DNA of 64,000 bases from Schmidtea polychroa (Eukaryota), in the NCBI GenBank assembly GCA_044892525.1, contig CM097886.1, positions 11,098,001-11,162,000 on the forward strand, in the 5' to 3' direction. The stretch's first letter is position 1, and every line of letters starts with the position of its first letter. The notes under the pieces are model-generated. The model searched no databases and was not told the DNA's origin. It was given only the letters and a program-made list of their open reading frames with translations. Both the position numbers and the translations under genes were made by a program. Of this stretch, positions 1-14,005 are shown piece by piece.

Positions 1-4
1 TACC

Positions 5-420
5 TAATAATGGTATTAGCACGAATAATATTTTCCAACCTTGTATAATTTGGTAGATTATCAACTCTATCACATTGTCTCAGAAATTTTGACTTAGAAA
101 AACATAAAGGGCTTCGCCAAAATGTATGACCGACAAATCAGCCCAAGAAGGACAGTCACTATAAAATACCACCGAAAAATATTTTCTAAAATTAAATGCT
201 TATATAATAAATTTTTCTATATTCCTGAATCGTCTGATAAATAATCAAAGTCAAGTATAAGATTTTGACTATATCGCAATTGTTGAAAAATCATTTCCAA
301 ATTGCGATTTTTCTCACGTAATGATTGACCGGATGCCACTATTCGTTGTCGCATAGATTCATATTTTCTACAATTTGTAATTAAACCTAAAAGTATTGAT
401 CTCAATCGCCGAATTTCTTC
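5..420 (-). other. Possible host-gene exons at window edge
   Basis: CAG acceptor at ~421 followed by an open frame EEIRRLRSILLG...; a second segment SKFLRQCDRVDNLPNYTRLENIIRANTII ends at AG|GTA near position 5. No family recognised. Confidence 0.25.
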
Positions 421-959
421 CTGATTATCAAAAAACTAACAAAAAACATAAACCTTGTAATTAATGTTAAAGTTTAACATTTTGTTTAATTAACCACGTT
501 TTTAGACACTGAACAGGGCTGACAGGGCTGACAGGGCAATCATACAAAATTATCCAAATTTGAAATGTTGATAAGTTAAAACAGATATGTTTTTGTAATT
601 TTCCTGATTTTAAAATTATAGAGAAAAATTATAGAGAAAAATTTATTTTTAACATCAATATTTTTGAATTTTTGATCTTTTAAATATGAAAAATATATAT
701 AAATCAAAACATTTGAAGAAATGAAAACAAACTAATGCTGGTTCAAAATTTTCTGTTGTTTGATGACTGGATTTAATCTCAAATTTATTGCTTCATGAAT
801 TCAAAATTACACAGAAGTTAGAACTAGGCGATCCTAAGTTGAGAGTTGGTTATTATTTTTAAGATTTCGAGTTTTCAATTAAGACCTTATTAACAATAGG
901 TACACGTGAAATTCCGTTTTGAATCGAACAAAATTAGATTTTAATTTTTTGTACCTTTT

Positions 960-1180
960 TAAAATTTTTATTTGGGAAATTTTTGAAATTTTTTGAGTTG
1001 GGAAAATTTGGGAAATTTGTTTTTGGGACATTTTAAATTTTGGGAAAATTTTGGGAAAATAATTTTGGGACTTTTTAAAATTTGGGAAATTTTTGAGTTG
1101 GTAAAATTTTGGAAAAATAATTTTGGGAAATTCATTTTGGGGATTTTGTGATTTGTAAATATTTTGTAAATATTCCATGT
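960..1180. repeat. Degenerate short-period tandem repeat (TTTTGGGAAAT-like)
   Basis: Repeated ttttgggaaa(a)t units; explains spurious ORF 879..1178. Confidence 0.8.
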
Positions 1181-1521
1181 GATTTTTTCCAGTTAATATA
1201 AGATTTTTTATGTTTTATAATATTTGAATGATGTTAAATTATGGCATTTGATGTTGAAGTTTGAGACTTTGGAGCTCATTTTCCATGGAAACTATGCATT
1301 TTTTCCATATATAGACCAGAGGCGTTCAAACATTTTGCTGCGAGGGCCAGTTTGGTATTTAAATTCATTAGCGGGGGCCATGCATTGTAAATATGTGAAT
1401 TAAAAAACTTTATTACAAGTAAAGCAGCGTCGAATTTTATTTTTTATAGTAAATTACAGATATAACAATACTAAACAAACATGTCTAAATTATATTATTA
1501 TAAAATTATTTCATGCAATTT

Positions 1522-4375
1522 TTAATGGGAATGGTGGAACTGGGTTTTTTCCTGGAGAGTTTCTTCAAAGTTGAGATTCAAATCGGAAACACCAATTATT
1601 AGCAATGATTGCAAATGATCATCAGATAAATTTGTCCTATATTTTGATTTCAGATACTTCATCCTGGAAAAAGTTTGTTCACACACATAGGACAATTTCC
1701 ATACATAGAAATAAATTTACCAGTCAATTGCTTTAAATTTGGAAATTCTTTTGCGTCCAAAAATTTGTAAAATCGATCAAGTTTCCTTCCTTGTATTTGT
1801 TCTTGATTTGATCGCTAGCTTGAAGATCAATTATTTCCATTTGAAACTGACTTGAAACGTCGCCAACGTTGCAGCCATATGGATTTTGAAACAGCCGAAT
1901 TTCCCTTGAATTTATGTCAAGATCAGAAAAACGCTTTTGAAATTCTAGTTTTAAATCCGCGATTACTTTTACTGCAGATATGGTGGGAAATCTTTCGTCA
2001 GTTTCTGTACTAAATATTTCACAGCACGTGAAATGGGAAAAATTACATTCATTCATATGACTTTCGAGCAATATCAACTTGGCTCTGAATGCTTTGATTT
2101 GCTCGAATAAATCACACATTAAGTTGTTTTTACCTTGGAGCTTTAAATTCAAGTTATTTACGCGTGTCACGACATCTGCAAAAATTGCCAATTTCCAGAG
2201 CCACTCTGCATCCGATAAAAGCGGTTCAGGGTGATTCTTTTCTCAAGAAAAAGTTTAATTTCCTTTCTGAGTTTGAAGAACTGCAATAACACTTTTCCAC
2301 ATCTAAGCCATTGAACTGCTGTATAATACGACAAGTCAACAGACTCGGATTCAATTTCTTCGAGGAAAGATCGAAATTGGCGATGATTGAGTGCACGTGA
2401 TCGAATAAAGTTTACGACAGAAACAACTGGTTTCAAGACTGGTTTCATCGACATCTTTTACACATAGGGCTTGTTGGTGGATGATACAGTACTGTTGGTA
2501 CTGTTGCTCCTGCGCTTTCACACACTTTTCTTATTAGCCCAACCACCCCAATATTTGCACCAGACATGTTTCTTCCCCGTCAATTGCCACACCTTGGAAT
2601 CGATTCCAGTCCAAGTTATATTTGGTCAACGTCTGTTGTAGTTCCTTAAAAATATCTGCTCCAGTTGTAGTGCCATGCATGCTATTAACCGATGCTAATT
2701 CTTGGGTGACATTAAGATTGTCGTCAACTCGTCACTAACGTCGGTCGATTCGTCCATCGCGATAGAATAGTGAGTGAAACGCTGTGCTTTCCCAGAAATC
2801 TGGTGGAGTATATTATTGCCAATATCGTCAATTCGACGAGCAACAGTATTGTGGGAAAGACTTATCGTTTTGAAAAGTTTCACCTTTTCCGGACATTGTT
2901 AGGTTCGATGGGTATGTCTTCGAACTAACACAAAAACGTTCTATCTGACACCAAGTAATTAATTTATGCGTGTAGGTAAATAAATAAATAAGGTAATATG
3001 TTTTAAATCTTTATTTAACAATAAAAGTTAATTACACGTTCGTTTATATATATATATATATCTAACAAGCTGCTTTCTATAAGTACAGAAAACGGTTATA
3101 CAAACCGCCCTAAAGAGTATTACTAAGGATCAAGGCTGGCCCTAAATGCGCCAACAGCCCGATATAGGTGAAAGGAAAAGAGATAGGGAAGATCACCAAA
3201 TTTTACGCGATAGAGTCAACCCAGAAATTGGTTAACTCTTTTTCAAATAAATATTAAATATTAAATAACGATACAACACAAAAATACGTGCTGACGTTAT
3301 GGTATCCCTTTAATGTTAGTGTAATTTAATTAGATAAAATATGTATATAAATATTTCAAAAACAATAACAATACTAACTATATAATATTCCAAAAAGCAA
3401 AATAAACCACAGATTGGTTGTTGAGCTTGCTAAAAATATATCCTTCTTTTTCTTTAATTAATACTCCAATAGATATTGGAGTTAAGTGATTGTATAAATG
3501 ATTCGAAAATCCCAAAATTCTTGTTAATATTTTCCCAATCGATAATTGTCTATCAAATCAGACTTGCAGTTATTAGTTAGAAATAAATTCCAATGTAAAT
3601 TCTCTACCGCTAAATGCGAGAAAATCTGTATCTATTTATAACAATTTCTTTCAATTAATTCTCAATCTTTTCTGTCGCGTCCTATTTTTCCGTCCCCCCG
3701 TTATCTAATTTTTATCTACTATTTATATGAATTTTATTTATCCTAATTCTATTAATAGTAATTGTTTAATTACTATTTTTATTATATATTTTTAAATAAT
3801 TTCTACAATTCTATTTTAGGTAATTATTTATTACTAATTATATTTTAGTTTTAATTTTAGTGTTTAATTTCTATTTTAGGTAATTTTTAAATAATATTTC
3901 TATTATACTTCTAATTAATTATTATTTAATTTCGAACCTTCAATTCCGGTTCCTACTGAACCCCAACAACATAATACTCCAACAGCTTCCATCATACACT
4001 CTTTAACGATGTTTCCATCCATAAAGGGTTTCCGTTTTTTCGCCAACAAATAAACAACTTTCATGCTAACTTAAGTCAATGATTCATTTTCCGAGTTTGC
4101 CTTCCTAAATAAATTTTGCTGAAAAGACAAACTACGACTCATTTCTTCAAATTTTTCAGTACGCTGCTTGTCCTTAAATTGTGAGTAAGCTGAAGCATGT
4201 TTTGTTTCATAATGTCGACGTAAATTGTATTCCTTCATTACCGCAACAGTGTCATTGCAAATTACACATATAGCTTTGCCATTCTTTGACTGCGATTGCA
4301 CAAAGAAATATTTGAATCCCCAATCTTCATTAAAAACGCGCACTCGTCATCTACTTTTCTTCTTTTTGTTTCCAT
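1522..4375 (-). pseudogene. hAT transposase, frameshifted and split by a solo LTR
   Basis: METKRRKVDDE..RVFNEDW, CVIC..KEYNLRRHYETKH, SLSHNTVARRI, YSIAMDESTDVSD, RALNHRQF, QWLRCGKVL, C-terminal YVCEQTFSRMK dimerisation motif. Confidence 0.92.
2897..3968. mobile_element. Solo LTR (Gypsy-type) inside the hAT transposase
   Basis: TGTTAGGTTC...GAACCCCAACA termini; 4-bp TSD ACAT (2893-2896, 3969-3972); removing it restores GVLCPEKVK. Confidence 0.9.
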
Positions 4376-4914
4376 GTTCAACTTTAAAAAATAATATTAA
4401 CATAATAATTAAGTTATAATATATTAAATATAAATCTAAACATACCAATTTACAATATATCAACCGTAAAGAATGTAAATAAGCTCCGCGGTCGATGAAT
4501 TTTTGGTTTGTCGTGTACAATCTTGTAGCTTTGCAGGCACTGCAGTTGAGTGCAGTCAGCCACTCCGCGCCGCCTACGTACAGTCAGAGTACAAAATCAT
4601 TCATGTAGTCGAGAGGCCGAGTCGCATCGCCGACTACCGAAAAAACTTGAATACCAGACTGTACTCTTTCGAGCGTGATACCGTGCGTATTCTAACCGAA
4701 TGCGCTCTTCATCTGCGCGAGATCTAATACCGACGCGCCACGCTACATTTATATTTTACAAAATTTTTCAAAATCCTTGTCGGGCCGGATAAAATCGCCT
4801 GCCGGGCTGGGTTTGGCCCGCGGGCCATAGTTTGGACACCTCTGATATAGACTATATAATTTTATGTTCGTTATAAAATTCCGACTTTAAAAAAAATCTT
4901 TAGGGGGTGGTAGT

Positions 4915-6050
4915 TAGGCTTGCCAGGTGTACGTTATTTGAACGTACCGTACGTTATTTTGGCTTACAAAATAAGAATGTACGTTATTTATGGAATTAGT
5001 GAAAACGTACCTAAAGGTACGTTTAATAACTGATTATTTTTTGATTTGTTTTGTTATAATATAGTTTTTGTCCAGTTCAACTTTAATGAAGCAGCGTTTT
5101 TGTATTCTTAAAGTATTATTTCTGGAATATTTGTAAAAAAAAGTATTTAAATGTAAATCTTCTTTTAATTTTATTTAAGATCTATATATGATGGAAAGAG
5201 AAATTGGTGTTTTTGGAATTTGTGCCATAAAATTAAATATTTTTATTTGTTTTGTTATAATATAATTTTTGTCCAGTTCAACTTTAATGAAGCAGCGTTT
5301 TTGTATTCTTAAAGTATTATTTCTAGAATATTTGTAAAAAATAAAGTATTTAAATGTAAATCTACTTTAAATTTTGTTTAAGATTTATATATGATGGAAA
5401 AAGAAATTGATACTGACAGCATCGAATACAACACGGAAGATGAAAATCAAAATATTAGTGGAAAATCAAAAATAAAAAGACAACGTCGTATAAATCATTT
5501 TAACGATGAGTGGCCAAAATCTTATCAATGGCTGGTCAGAGTAGCAGGGAAACCCAATGCTGCCAAATGTATTCACTGTCGCACAGAATTTAGCATTGCC
5601 GTATCTGGAATTCGAGATGTGAAACAACACATGAAAACAATAAAACATGTAACCAACTTAAAAGCAGCATCAAGTTCCAATAGCCTAACTTCATTTTTTT
5701 CAGTCTGATCAACAACAACTTCATTGGGTAAAACAATTAGCGCTGCAGAGTCTACCTTTGTATATCACAGTATTCAGCATTCGCATAGCTTCAATTCATC
5801 AAATATTACCAGTGCTTTATTGCATACTTTGTTTCCTGATTCAAAAATAGCATCCAATTTCACTTGTGGCCGTACTAAATGTTCAAAAATAGTAACAAAT
5901 GTATTAGCAAAAGAATCCCAAAATTCTATTATTACTAATATAAAAAACAAAAATCTTCCTTATAGTATTTCTACAGACACATCTAACATGGGAAATATAA
6001 AAATTTTCCTCTAGTACTACGATATATTTTGAAAGATGTTGGTGTTCAAA
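4915..6050 (+). mobile_element. 5' part of a second hAT (Blackjack-like end) with BED-finger transposase fragment
   Basis: Begins TAGGCTTGCCAGG; ORFs 5391..5708 (FNDEW..YQWL..AKCIHC..FSI..SGIRDVKQH..TIKH) and 5724..6014 (FPDSKIASNFTCGRTKC, YSISTDTSN); internal ~190-bp direct duplication at 5035-5400; truncated by a Gypsy remnant. Confidence 0.8.
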
Positions 6051-7400
6051 CAAAACTTTCATCACTGTAGCTAACACCAACCGTATCTAAATCTATTAAT
6101 GTAATTGATGTGTATGGCACAAGTTTTATTTTAAATGCTAAAATAAAATTCATTCCACCCACAAAACGTGGACTAACCACAATTACATTCACTTTCTGAC
6201 ATAATTCATTCCAAACAATCGAAGTCGTAAAGTCCCCCAAGCATGATATCGGCTTATTTACAAACGGCACTCTTAGCTTTATATATAACGGTTTTAAAAC
6301 TGACTACCACACGTCCTCCATATGGCCTCTGACATTACCGTCACCGAAGCACCTGTATCCCACAACATCTCAATCACTATTCCAAAGCATTGAACGAAAT
6401 TCCACCACCTTCCATCCGTCTTCTTCAACATCATAACATTTCGGTTTTTTGTGTTCTTCACATTTAATTCAACGACTCCATAGACGAAATGTTTGGCATG
6501 GAGCATATCTCGTTTAAAGGACGGTCTTTGCCATTTTCCCTATGAGCTCCTGTAATCGATCCTATTTCATTTACTTCAGATTCCGACGTGAAATCATTCT
6601 CAAGGTCTTCATAAGAATAAGTCAGATTTCCTAAATAATTTTATTCTTGAATACGGTGAATTCTTAATGAAGTGCAGTAATTAAAAAAATGATGATTTTT
6701 ACCGCATATTAAACAGCACTTGTTTAAAGAACTATTGTCTCGAATATAACCTGATTCACCACAACAGTAACATTGACCGGGTTGTAAAAGTTGCAATTCT
6801 GGTTGATGATACAGTAATCCTTTCGTTTTGTTGTAAACTCGTCTTGCAATATGTTTCAAAGAAACCGTCGGTCTATTGGGTCTCTCATTAACCAATGAAC
6901 TTTCTGAGGTTCGTCTTCTTTCAGTACCATGTTGTCTATTGTTACTGATGTATACGACGATTGTTTCCTATATCTGCCAATACAAATATCTCTCTGTTGT
7001 CTTCTGTATGTAAAATATTTTCAAAATTTACATTCAATTTTTCTATTTCTGTAAGAGATACTTCTGGGTTCATTGCATCCTTAACTTTTCTGAATACATA
7101 CGTCTTATTACAATATCCTTGACAATTATGTCTTCAGTTTGATTTGGAGCAAGAACTTCGCGCACTAATTTCCTTACTCTGAATACAAAATTTTAAAACC
7201 TTTCGTCCGATCTCTGCTTTATCAGACTCATGACTTTGATATTTTGCAAAAAACCTTTGAATTCTACATATTTTAAAATAGGCCAACTTTTTACCTCTTG
7301 ATCTGAGGCCGGAGCCTTTTGTGTTTCCTTAAAGACCATCCATATACAAATCGAACGCTGCTCCTAAATTGAGCAAATTTATCCTCACAAAATCTTCAAT
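6050..7400 (-). mobile_element. Degenerate Gypsy gag-protease remnant
   Basis: Zn-knuckle-like CYCCGESGY and CLICGKNHH (6641..6895); aspartic protease LWDTGASVTVMS (6294..6506). Confidence 0.75.
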
Positions 7401-8270
7401 AGATACAAGCTAGTCTTTTGCATTTTCTTCTTTTCCTCCAAAAAACTTCTTTATCACTGGATAATTTGAATCTTGAATATTCTTTGGCAAAGATTCCACA
7501 ATTTTCTGCCTTTGCTGTAATCTCGTAGGAGCTGCGATTTCGGCGTGGTCTATTAATAATCATTAAAACTAACACATTATTTTCAAATACATCTTTATTA
7601 AAATCCGAATATTTAAACAATATAACAATCTAGATATCGTCATTGCTCAGTTAATCTTACTGTCAGTATTTAAATGAAATTTAATATTTTAATTAGAAAT
7701 TACGTATTTCAATTGTTGGACTAGAAATAGAAAATTTAGAGTTGCTTTGATACGTTGAAGAACATAGCATGGAAACCGCACTATCAAATTCTATTCGTAT
7801 CAAATTCTATGATTAAACATTAAATAATAAATAGTACAAATTGAGGATAAATAAACTGATAATTAAGCTGATAACCTGTTGGTATAAAACCCACGAATAG
7901 CTAATGACACTCAAATAGTTCAGTTGCTAGTTAAAAATCCGTTAACAAGTTTTATAGAATTTTAATGATATTTAATTAGAAAAAATCTTATGTTTTTTAG
8001 AAAGAAATTAAAAATAAAAATTCCATTAGAAATCGTTGTGGATTAAAAAATAGACGAAATAGACATTTTCAGTAGAAAATATTTGCAAGATGTGTTGGGC
8101 TAAGCCTAGAAAATAGCTTGCCTTCTTCTCTTGTTTAAATTAATAATAGAGTAAATAACAAAAATTGAATGTTCCTTTGAGACGAAACCATAAAACATAT
8201 AAAAAGCATAAAGCCATTAAATATAAAAGACAAAACCAAATTCAAAAAATTAAAAAAAAATATTAAATAA

Positions 8271-8899
8271 TGTTGTGTATTTTGTGTAAGTTGGTATCAC
8301 TGTCTGACCCTTTGGTGTCCTTTTATTAAGGAAATCGAACAGCCCAACACAAAATTTATTCGAGATTACACTTTTTATCTATTACACACTTTAACATAAC
8401 AATTTCAGTTTACACCACTTTAAGTAACTCTTTTTATTCTGCATACTTTTCAATTTCAAATAATCAGTCTGAATATATCTTCTAACGGGAAATCTCCCTT
8501 TCTGGTACGCTGACTTAAATTGATTTGGTTAGTAATAAATTTTAAATTCGATTTACATTCCCTTTCAATTTACTGAGCTTCTTTCTTCGACCAACTGACA
8601 ATTCTGTTGACTTGATTGTTCTTTGTTCCCATATTTTCATTACTTCCCCATAAAATTAATTTTGTTATTTTTGGGTATCTTTTCTGCGGGTTTCCCATTG
8701 CCGATCTAATTGGTTTCGAGCTTGTAGTCTTCAAACCTCTGGTCGATTTATTTATTTAATTTAACTTTCCTCATTCCCAAATTTGATTCTCCATAATCAA
8801 ATAATAATGTTGATCACTTGGGTTTTCTCACACTGCTCGGGTTTTCTATTAGCAATATAATTTTTAATTAATATTTTGGTGCCATTTAGTAAATGAGAC
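8271..8899 (-). mobile_element. Partial LTR related to the 51862-52667 LTR, cut by a Polinton terminus
   Basis: Starts TGTTGTGTATTTTGTGTAAGTTGGT..CTGACCCTTTGGTGTCCTT, resembling the reverse complement of the 52667 LTR end; shares cgggtttccc/ctcgggtttt motifs. Confidence 0.6.
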
Positions 8900-9080
8900 A
8901 GTAGATGGATTGGACACTGCTAAAACCGGGCACCGATAACACAAAGACATACCCACGTAAAAAAATATTTATTTTTATTAAAAACTTTTATTAAAAATTT
9001 TTATACATAGGTAATGACTCATCAAGGACATTGAAACAAAGACTATGACTCATGCGATGACTCATTCAAGGTCAAATTTT
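8900..9080 (+). mobile_element. Polinton-like terminus (AGTAGATGGATTGG family)
   Basis: Same 14-mer as the inverted ends at 63520 and 63852; followed by ACAAAGAC, ATGACTCAT and TCAAGGTCA motifs. Confidence 0.7.
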
Positions 9081-9099
9081 CAAGTTCATGGTGGGTTAC

Positions 9100-9320
9100 A
9101 GGTAGACCTACATTTTACCCTTTCGTGCTGTTTCGAGCGTAACCCAGAATACAAGCAATACCTTACCACTTGATACCAGTTGAGTGGACAACGTTGGTAA
9201 TGTATCAAGTTGGTGAGTGTACGCAAAAAATGAGCGCACTATAATTGTCGGGCATTCCTTGGGTCTATGGACTATCGATAGAAGATGTCTGTCCGATTTG
9301 CTTAGGTCCCCTCAATTAAA
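9100..9320 (+). repeat. ~220-bp dispersed repeat; diverged inverted copy at ~27735-27950
   Basis: Shared blocks such as cattttaccc/atttcgtgctgtttc, gcgtaacccagaatac and cttctatcg/ttaggtcc on opposite strands. Confidence 0.7.
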
Positions 9321-9689
9321 TTTGCTTTCCATAACTCCACAAACCCTTCAACATACTCACCGGATTGACGTCAAGTCGTATTCATAAAACTAAACATTTT
9401 TTATTTACACAAATATACGTTCACAGACTCATATATACAAAGTTATGTCATGATTAAGGTGTTTCTTGTTTGTCCAAGTGTTTCTACTCGGCTAGACGGA
9501 GTATCTTCAACTGGGCTCTATTATCTCGACCTAGCCTATTTCGTTTGGGTTGACCTTGCTGGGTAAGTGAATGAAGTTCAGCCACCTCTGTAGGCATGGG
9601 TCGGATGGCTACAGCGACATGCGTGTCCACGATCTATTAATTTTGTTGAGTCTCCAGGGTTCTGACTTGAATCTTCAGTGCGCGGATCT

Positions 9690-9890
9690 CAGGTACATCC
9701 CAAACAACACTCAACGAACACGTAAAGAGCAAAACCAGAAATTATCATGAACACTGAAAAAAAGTGCACAAATCAGCACTCTTACACGAAACAAAATGCA
9801 AAATGTTACAAGATGCGTTCAAAAATTCATTAGATTAGCCGCGGAGATTCTTTATATCAAAAAACTTAAAACGTCCATCAACATTCAACT
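9690..9890 (+). pseudogene. Possible Penelope-like GIY-YIG endonuclease C-terminal remnant
   Basis: Frame-broken TTLNEHVKS, VHKSALLHE and RLAAEILYIKKLKTSINIQ resemble the PLE motif E(S/I)LYIKKLKPSLN.Q. Confidence 0.4.
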
Positions 9891-11247
9891 AAATTAATAC
9901 TTAAATTAATATTTAATTAGATTTAAAATTTAAAATTAAAAAAATATTTAAAATATAAAAAACGTTTTTTTGTAAAATAAAATATTAAAAAATTAAAAAT
10001 TAAATTTAAATTACAGAATTTAAAATTTAAAATAAAATAAGAAATATTATTTGGGTAATTAAAATAAAATATAAATAAAATATAATTAAACCAATAAATT
10101 TATTATATAATACGAAATAAATTTATTATCCCCCAACAATAATTATTAAATATAATAATGATCAAATTCACTTGAAAAAGTCAGTGCCGAAAATTCGTGA
10201 GTATCAACAAACATCGATATATTACTGATTTATAGTCTTGAAACTCTCTTTTTAATAAATTCAATTTAAAATTTATTTCATTATTTTTTTGATACTACCA
10301 CTGAGCAGATTGACAGGATACTTTTCACCTATTATATTTGTATTACAGACTGGCAGAACTCACCATGCATTTCATCCATTATATTTACCAGAGTTCCTTT
10401 CGTACTCTTCAAACTTACTTATTATTATTGGTCTTTCGAAGTGTATTAGAATGGATTTATTCAAATTAAAGGTTTAATTTGTAATTATTCATAGATCTCA
10501 AAAATCGACAGAGCTTGAAAATCACGCTCATTATTTCAAAACTTTACTACAGAACCATACTAATGGATTATGCTATCAAGTGGAATTGACTGGAAGCCGG
10601 TAAAATCCTTCTGGCAGAGAAAATCAAAGCGCAATGCAGCTGTTTTTGCCATTCACCGATAAGTTTTAACTATGTATTTATAAACCAGTTAATAAAATTT
10701 ATTTGTTTTAAACATTTTATTGTTATTATTTTATTTTATTTTTTTTTTATATAAGACTATTTATTTTGATTTCCATTGTCCCACTCCTTCTGCTGCTTAT
10801 GCTAGGCTGCAGGCTAGAGGAGTGATAATTCTTTGGCATCTCAAATCCCGAAGTTCGGAGTTTGGGATTCCAAAGACTTTAATAATAATACCAATAACAA
10901 CAACAACAATAATATAAATAGCAATGCTTAAATAATAATAATTTTGACACAATANNNNNNNNNNNNNNNNNNNNNNNNNNNNNNNNNNNNNNNNNNNNNN
11001 NNNNNNNNNNNNNNNNNNNNNNNNNNNNNNNNNNNNNNNNNNNNNNNNNNNNNNNNNNNNNNNNNNNNNNNNNNNNNNNNNNNNAATAGAGACTTATAGA
11101 TTTTTATAAAATTTAGGTTTGTGATTCGACTCATTTCTTTTGTTATTTATTTTATTTATTTGTTTGATTTATAATTCAATTAATTCATTTATGAGATGGG
11201 ACACCATAATATGCAAAACAAGAAGATTTTTATTAATTTATATATAT

Positions 11248-11410
11248 AGTAGAAGGAAGTATGCTCCATGACTCATCATATACCCCCCGCGATGACTCAT
11301 CACCTAGCAACCACGGTAACAATGGTAACCAGGTCAAGATCACATGACTCGTCAATGACTCATCAAGGTCATTCTATTTTTAGTAACTAGGTCAAGGTCA
11401 TTCTATTCAG
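11248..11410 (+). mobile_element. Polinton-like terminus (AGTAGAAGG) with AP-1 and nuclear-receptor-like motifs
   Basis: AGTAG start, C-run, three ATGACTCAT and AGGTCAAGGTCA as in the other termini. Confidence 0.55.
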
Positions 11411-14005
11411 TATTATAGATTAATGAGTTTTTATTATGTGATTTTCAAAAATGTCTGAAAATATTTTGTTAAATATTATTTTAAATGTTATTATAAAAGT
11501 TGCTCAAAAATCTTAACCAATTCTCACAAAGATATATTACACCCAATGATAATAAATTAGAATTCTAACTAATAAGCACTTTAATTGGTTAACCAAATGA
11601 CTCCTTTTTGAATCGAACAAAGATTTTTACTCCAAATGATAAAGAATTATCAATGAATGTTGTTATTAATGACCATGTATTTTTTACGAATGAACTGAAG
11701 CCATGTTGAATGAGTGGATGATCTTATCTTCGAACATAGAAGATCCAGAGAAAAAAAAAAACTTCATTTTGTAATTTTGGACCAACTTCCACCATATCAT
11801 TAAGTCCCACCCCATTACACATGGCTGCTGCATCAAACACAATACGCACTTTCGTGGTGTCCTTATCTCTTCTAACCACGGGAAAGTGTGGTAATATCCA
11901 TTCCGAATCTCCAGGCATCATTTTCTCTTTTACAATACTTATATAATCTTTTTTCAGGTAACCATTCAAAATATCCTGATACTGAGTTCGTAAGTCTTCC
12001 TTTTCAAGCATCTTGTCCAAACTTCGCAGTCGACTTTCTGCCATTTTTTCACTATTGGGCAAAGCTATTGGTGACTCTTTCCATGGCACTTTTACCTCGA
12101 AATGTCCGTCTACTTTCTTCATCTCAGATTTGGTTTTCTCATAAATCGCCTGGTCTTTCGCTGCAAATATATTTTCCTTTAAGCCGCTATCATCAATTTC
12201 CCAAAATCGCTCCATTTGTCGTTGCAAATCCTCGCCATTACCGAAGAACGTTCGTATGAAATTGCTTTGATGGTTCCAAGTTCTTCCCACCGAGGTTCTT
12301 CCAACACATGTCCAGCCAAGTGGAGTTAAACGGGCAATCGGTTCATCCAACTTACCATCGATTTCTTTGAGTGCTCGTTGAAGCGTTAAATAATCCGCGC
12401 CAATTAACACTTCAACTGCCTGTCTCTCGTCTAGCATCGGAAAATGGATGCCCTTCAGGTGAGTCCACTTATGTTTTTCTCTGGCCCAATTTACTATCTT
12501 CATTTCTCCCGTGATATTTGTTACGGCCAGTGCGTTGAGGTTTTTCGTCAATCGGCCGTCATTACTAATTAACTTCATGGTCACTGGAGTAGCCATCATC
12601 TGTTGGACATTACCGCCGATAACCCCTATCGGTGTCCTCTTTTCCACCCCTTTTAACCCAAGCTCCTTTAAAATTCTTAGATTGATGTAGCTTACTGAGC
12701 TTGCATCATCTAACAGTGCATTGACTTTTATTTTCTTGTTCCCATTTTCCAGGTAGATTGGAATTGTTCTTAAACTAAGGTAAGGTCTTAGGTTTTTCTC
12801 GTTCATCCTTTTCTGGGTCAGCATCGTGTTGTTACCTTTTTCACTCTCCTCACTAATTTGTCTTTCATGTAATAATTCGTTGTGCCTTTGCTTACATCCG
12901 GTAACCTTGCAGAAAGATTCTTTACGACATTCCTTGGCCATGTGATTTCTTTTGAAGCAATTCCTGTACAGTTTCTTTTCTTCGATGTATAACCGTTCCA
13001 CTTTTAACTCTGCCATCTGGTTGCCCCGTAAAATGCGTCCGACCTTTTGGATTGAATCTTTCTCTTCCCCTAGACACCCCTTCTACTCTTGACACATCAT
13101 AAGCCCTGGTGCTTGGTTTAGTCCCATACACAACCTCGTTAGTGGACCTTAGGATCTCCGCTTCTTGTTGTATCCATCTTCTCAAATCCTCTATCGTCTC
13201 CCGCAATTCCTTTTCTATTTTGTCTTTTTTCCATTTATACACAAGCTTCGTCGTTAACTTGCCCAAACACTTTTGAAAAAGATATCCAGTCTTTAACTCG
13301 GATTCTTTCCCAGTGGATCCAACAAATAAGTCTAGATCCTTCAAATCTCCTTCTCGAATTGGCCTGAACTGTTCCATCTCCTCTAACATTGATAAATATA
13401 TCCTTTCATCCCCACCATATCGCCTATCCAACTTCTCTTTTGCCATTTGATAAGCCTCTGCCGAATATCCAAGATTTTCAATTAACTTTAATGGCTCTCT
13501 GTGAAGGTACTTGTGCAGGTGAAACATCTTTTCAACCTCATCACCTTCCGCTTCGTCAACACATGCAGTAAAAGCTGCTTTCCATGGTTCGTACTCTTTC
13601 ATCTTGCCTTCAAAAACAGGGATTGTAATTTTCTGTAGACTTTCCAGTTTTCTTTTATGCACGGAATTATTCTTCTTGATGGTATCATCATTCACATTTT
13701 CCTTCTCTTCCATAAAAGATTGATTTCCTTTTCTTTCCATCAATGCCCCAATTATTTGATGTTTTTCCTCGATCTCTTGCAGGTCTTTATCTAAGATTGC
13801 AGTCCAATCTTTGCAATTTTTTACTGATCGTTCTCAGATCCCCTAATTCTTCATCTAGACTCTCCTTTTGATCTTCATATTCCGCCAACCATTCGCTAAC
13901 ATCCTTCCCATTTATATCATTGAGAATCTTGTTTCTCAATCTCGTTAATTTTCCTTTTTTCATTCTCTTTTTCCACAGTCCTTCTTCTAAAATCTCTTCG
14001 TCATT

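Larger units (their letters stand above)
1317..4844 (-). mobile_element. hAT DNA transposon, Buster/SPIN (GTF2IRD2-like) group, full length, inactivated
   Basis: 15-bp TIRs CAGAGGCGTTCAAAC (1317-1331) and GTTTGGACACCTCTG (4830-4844), 2 mismatches; perfect 8-bp TSD ATATAGAC at 1309-1316 and 4845-4852 with the central TA typical of Buster. Confidence 0.95.

Noticed and set aside
879-1178. 99-aa ORF
   Set aside because: Translation of a low-complexity TTTTGGGAAA repeat.
4503-4727. 74-aa ORF in a GC-rich patch
   Set aside because: Lies in the hAT subterminal/promoter region; TTG start; no recognisable domain.
10289-10680. Two exon-like segments
   Set aside because: No consistent open frame or recognisable family.
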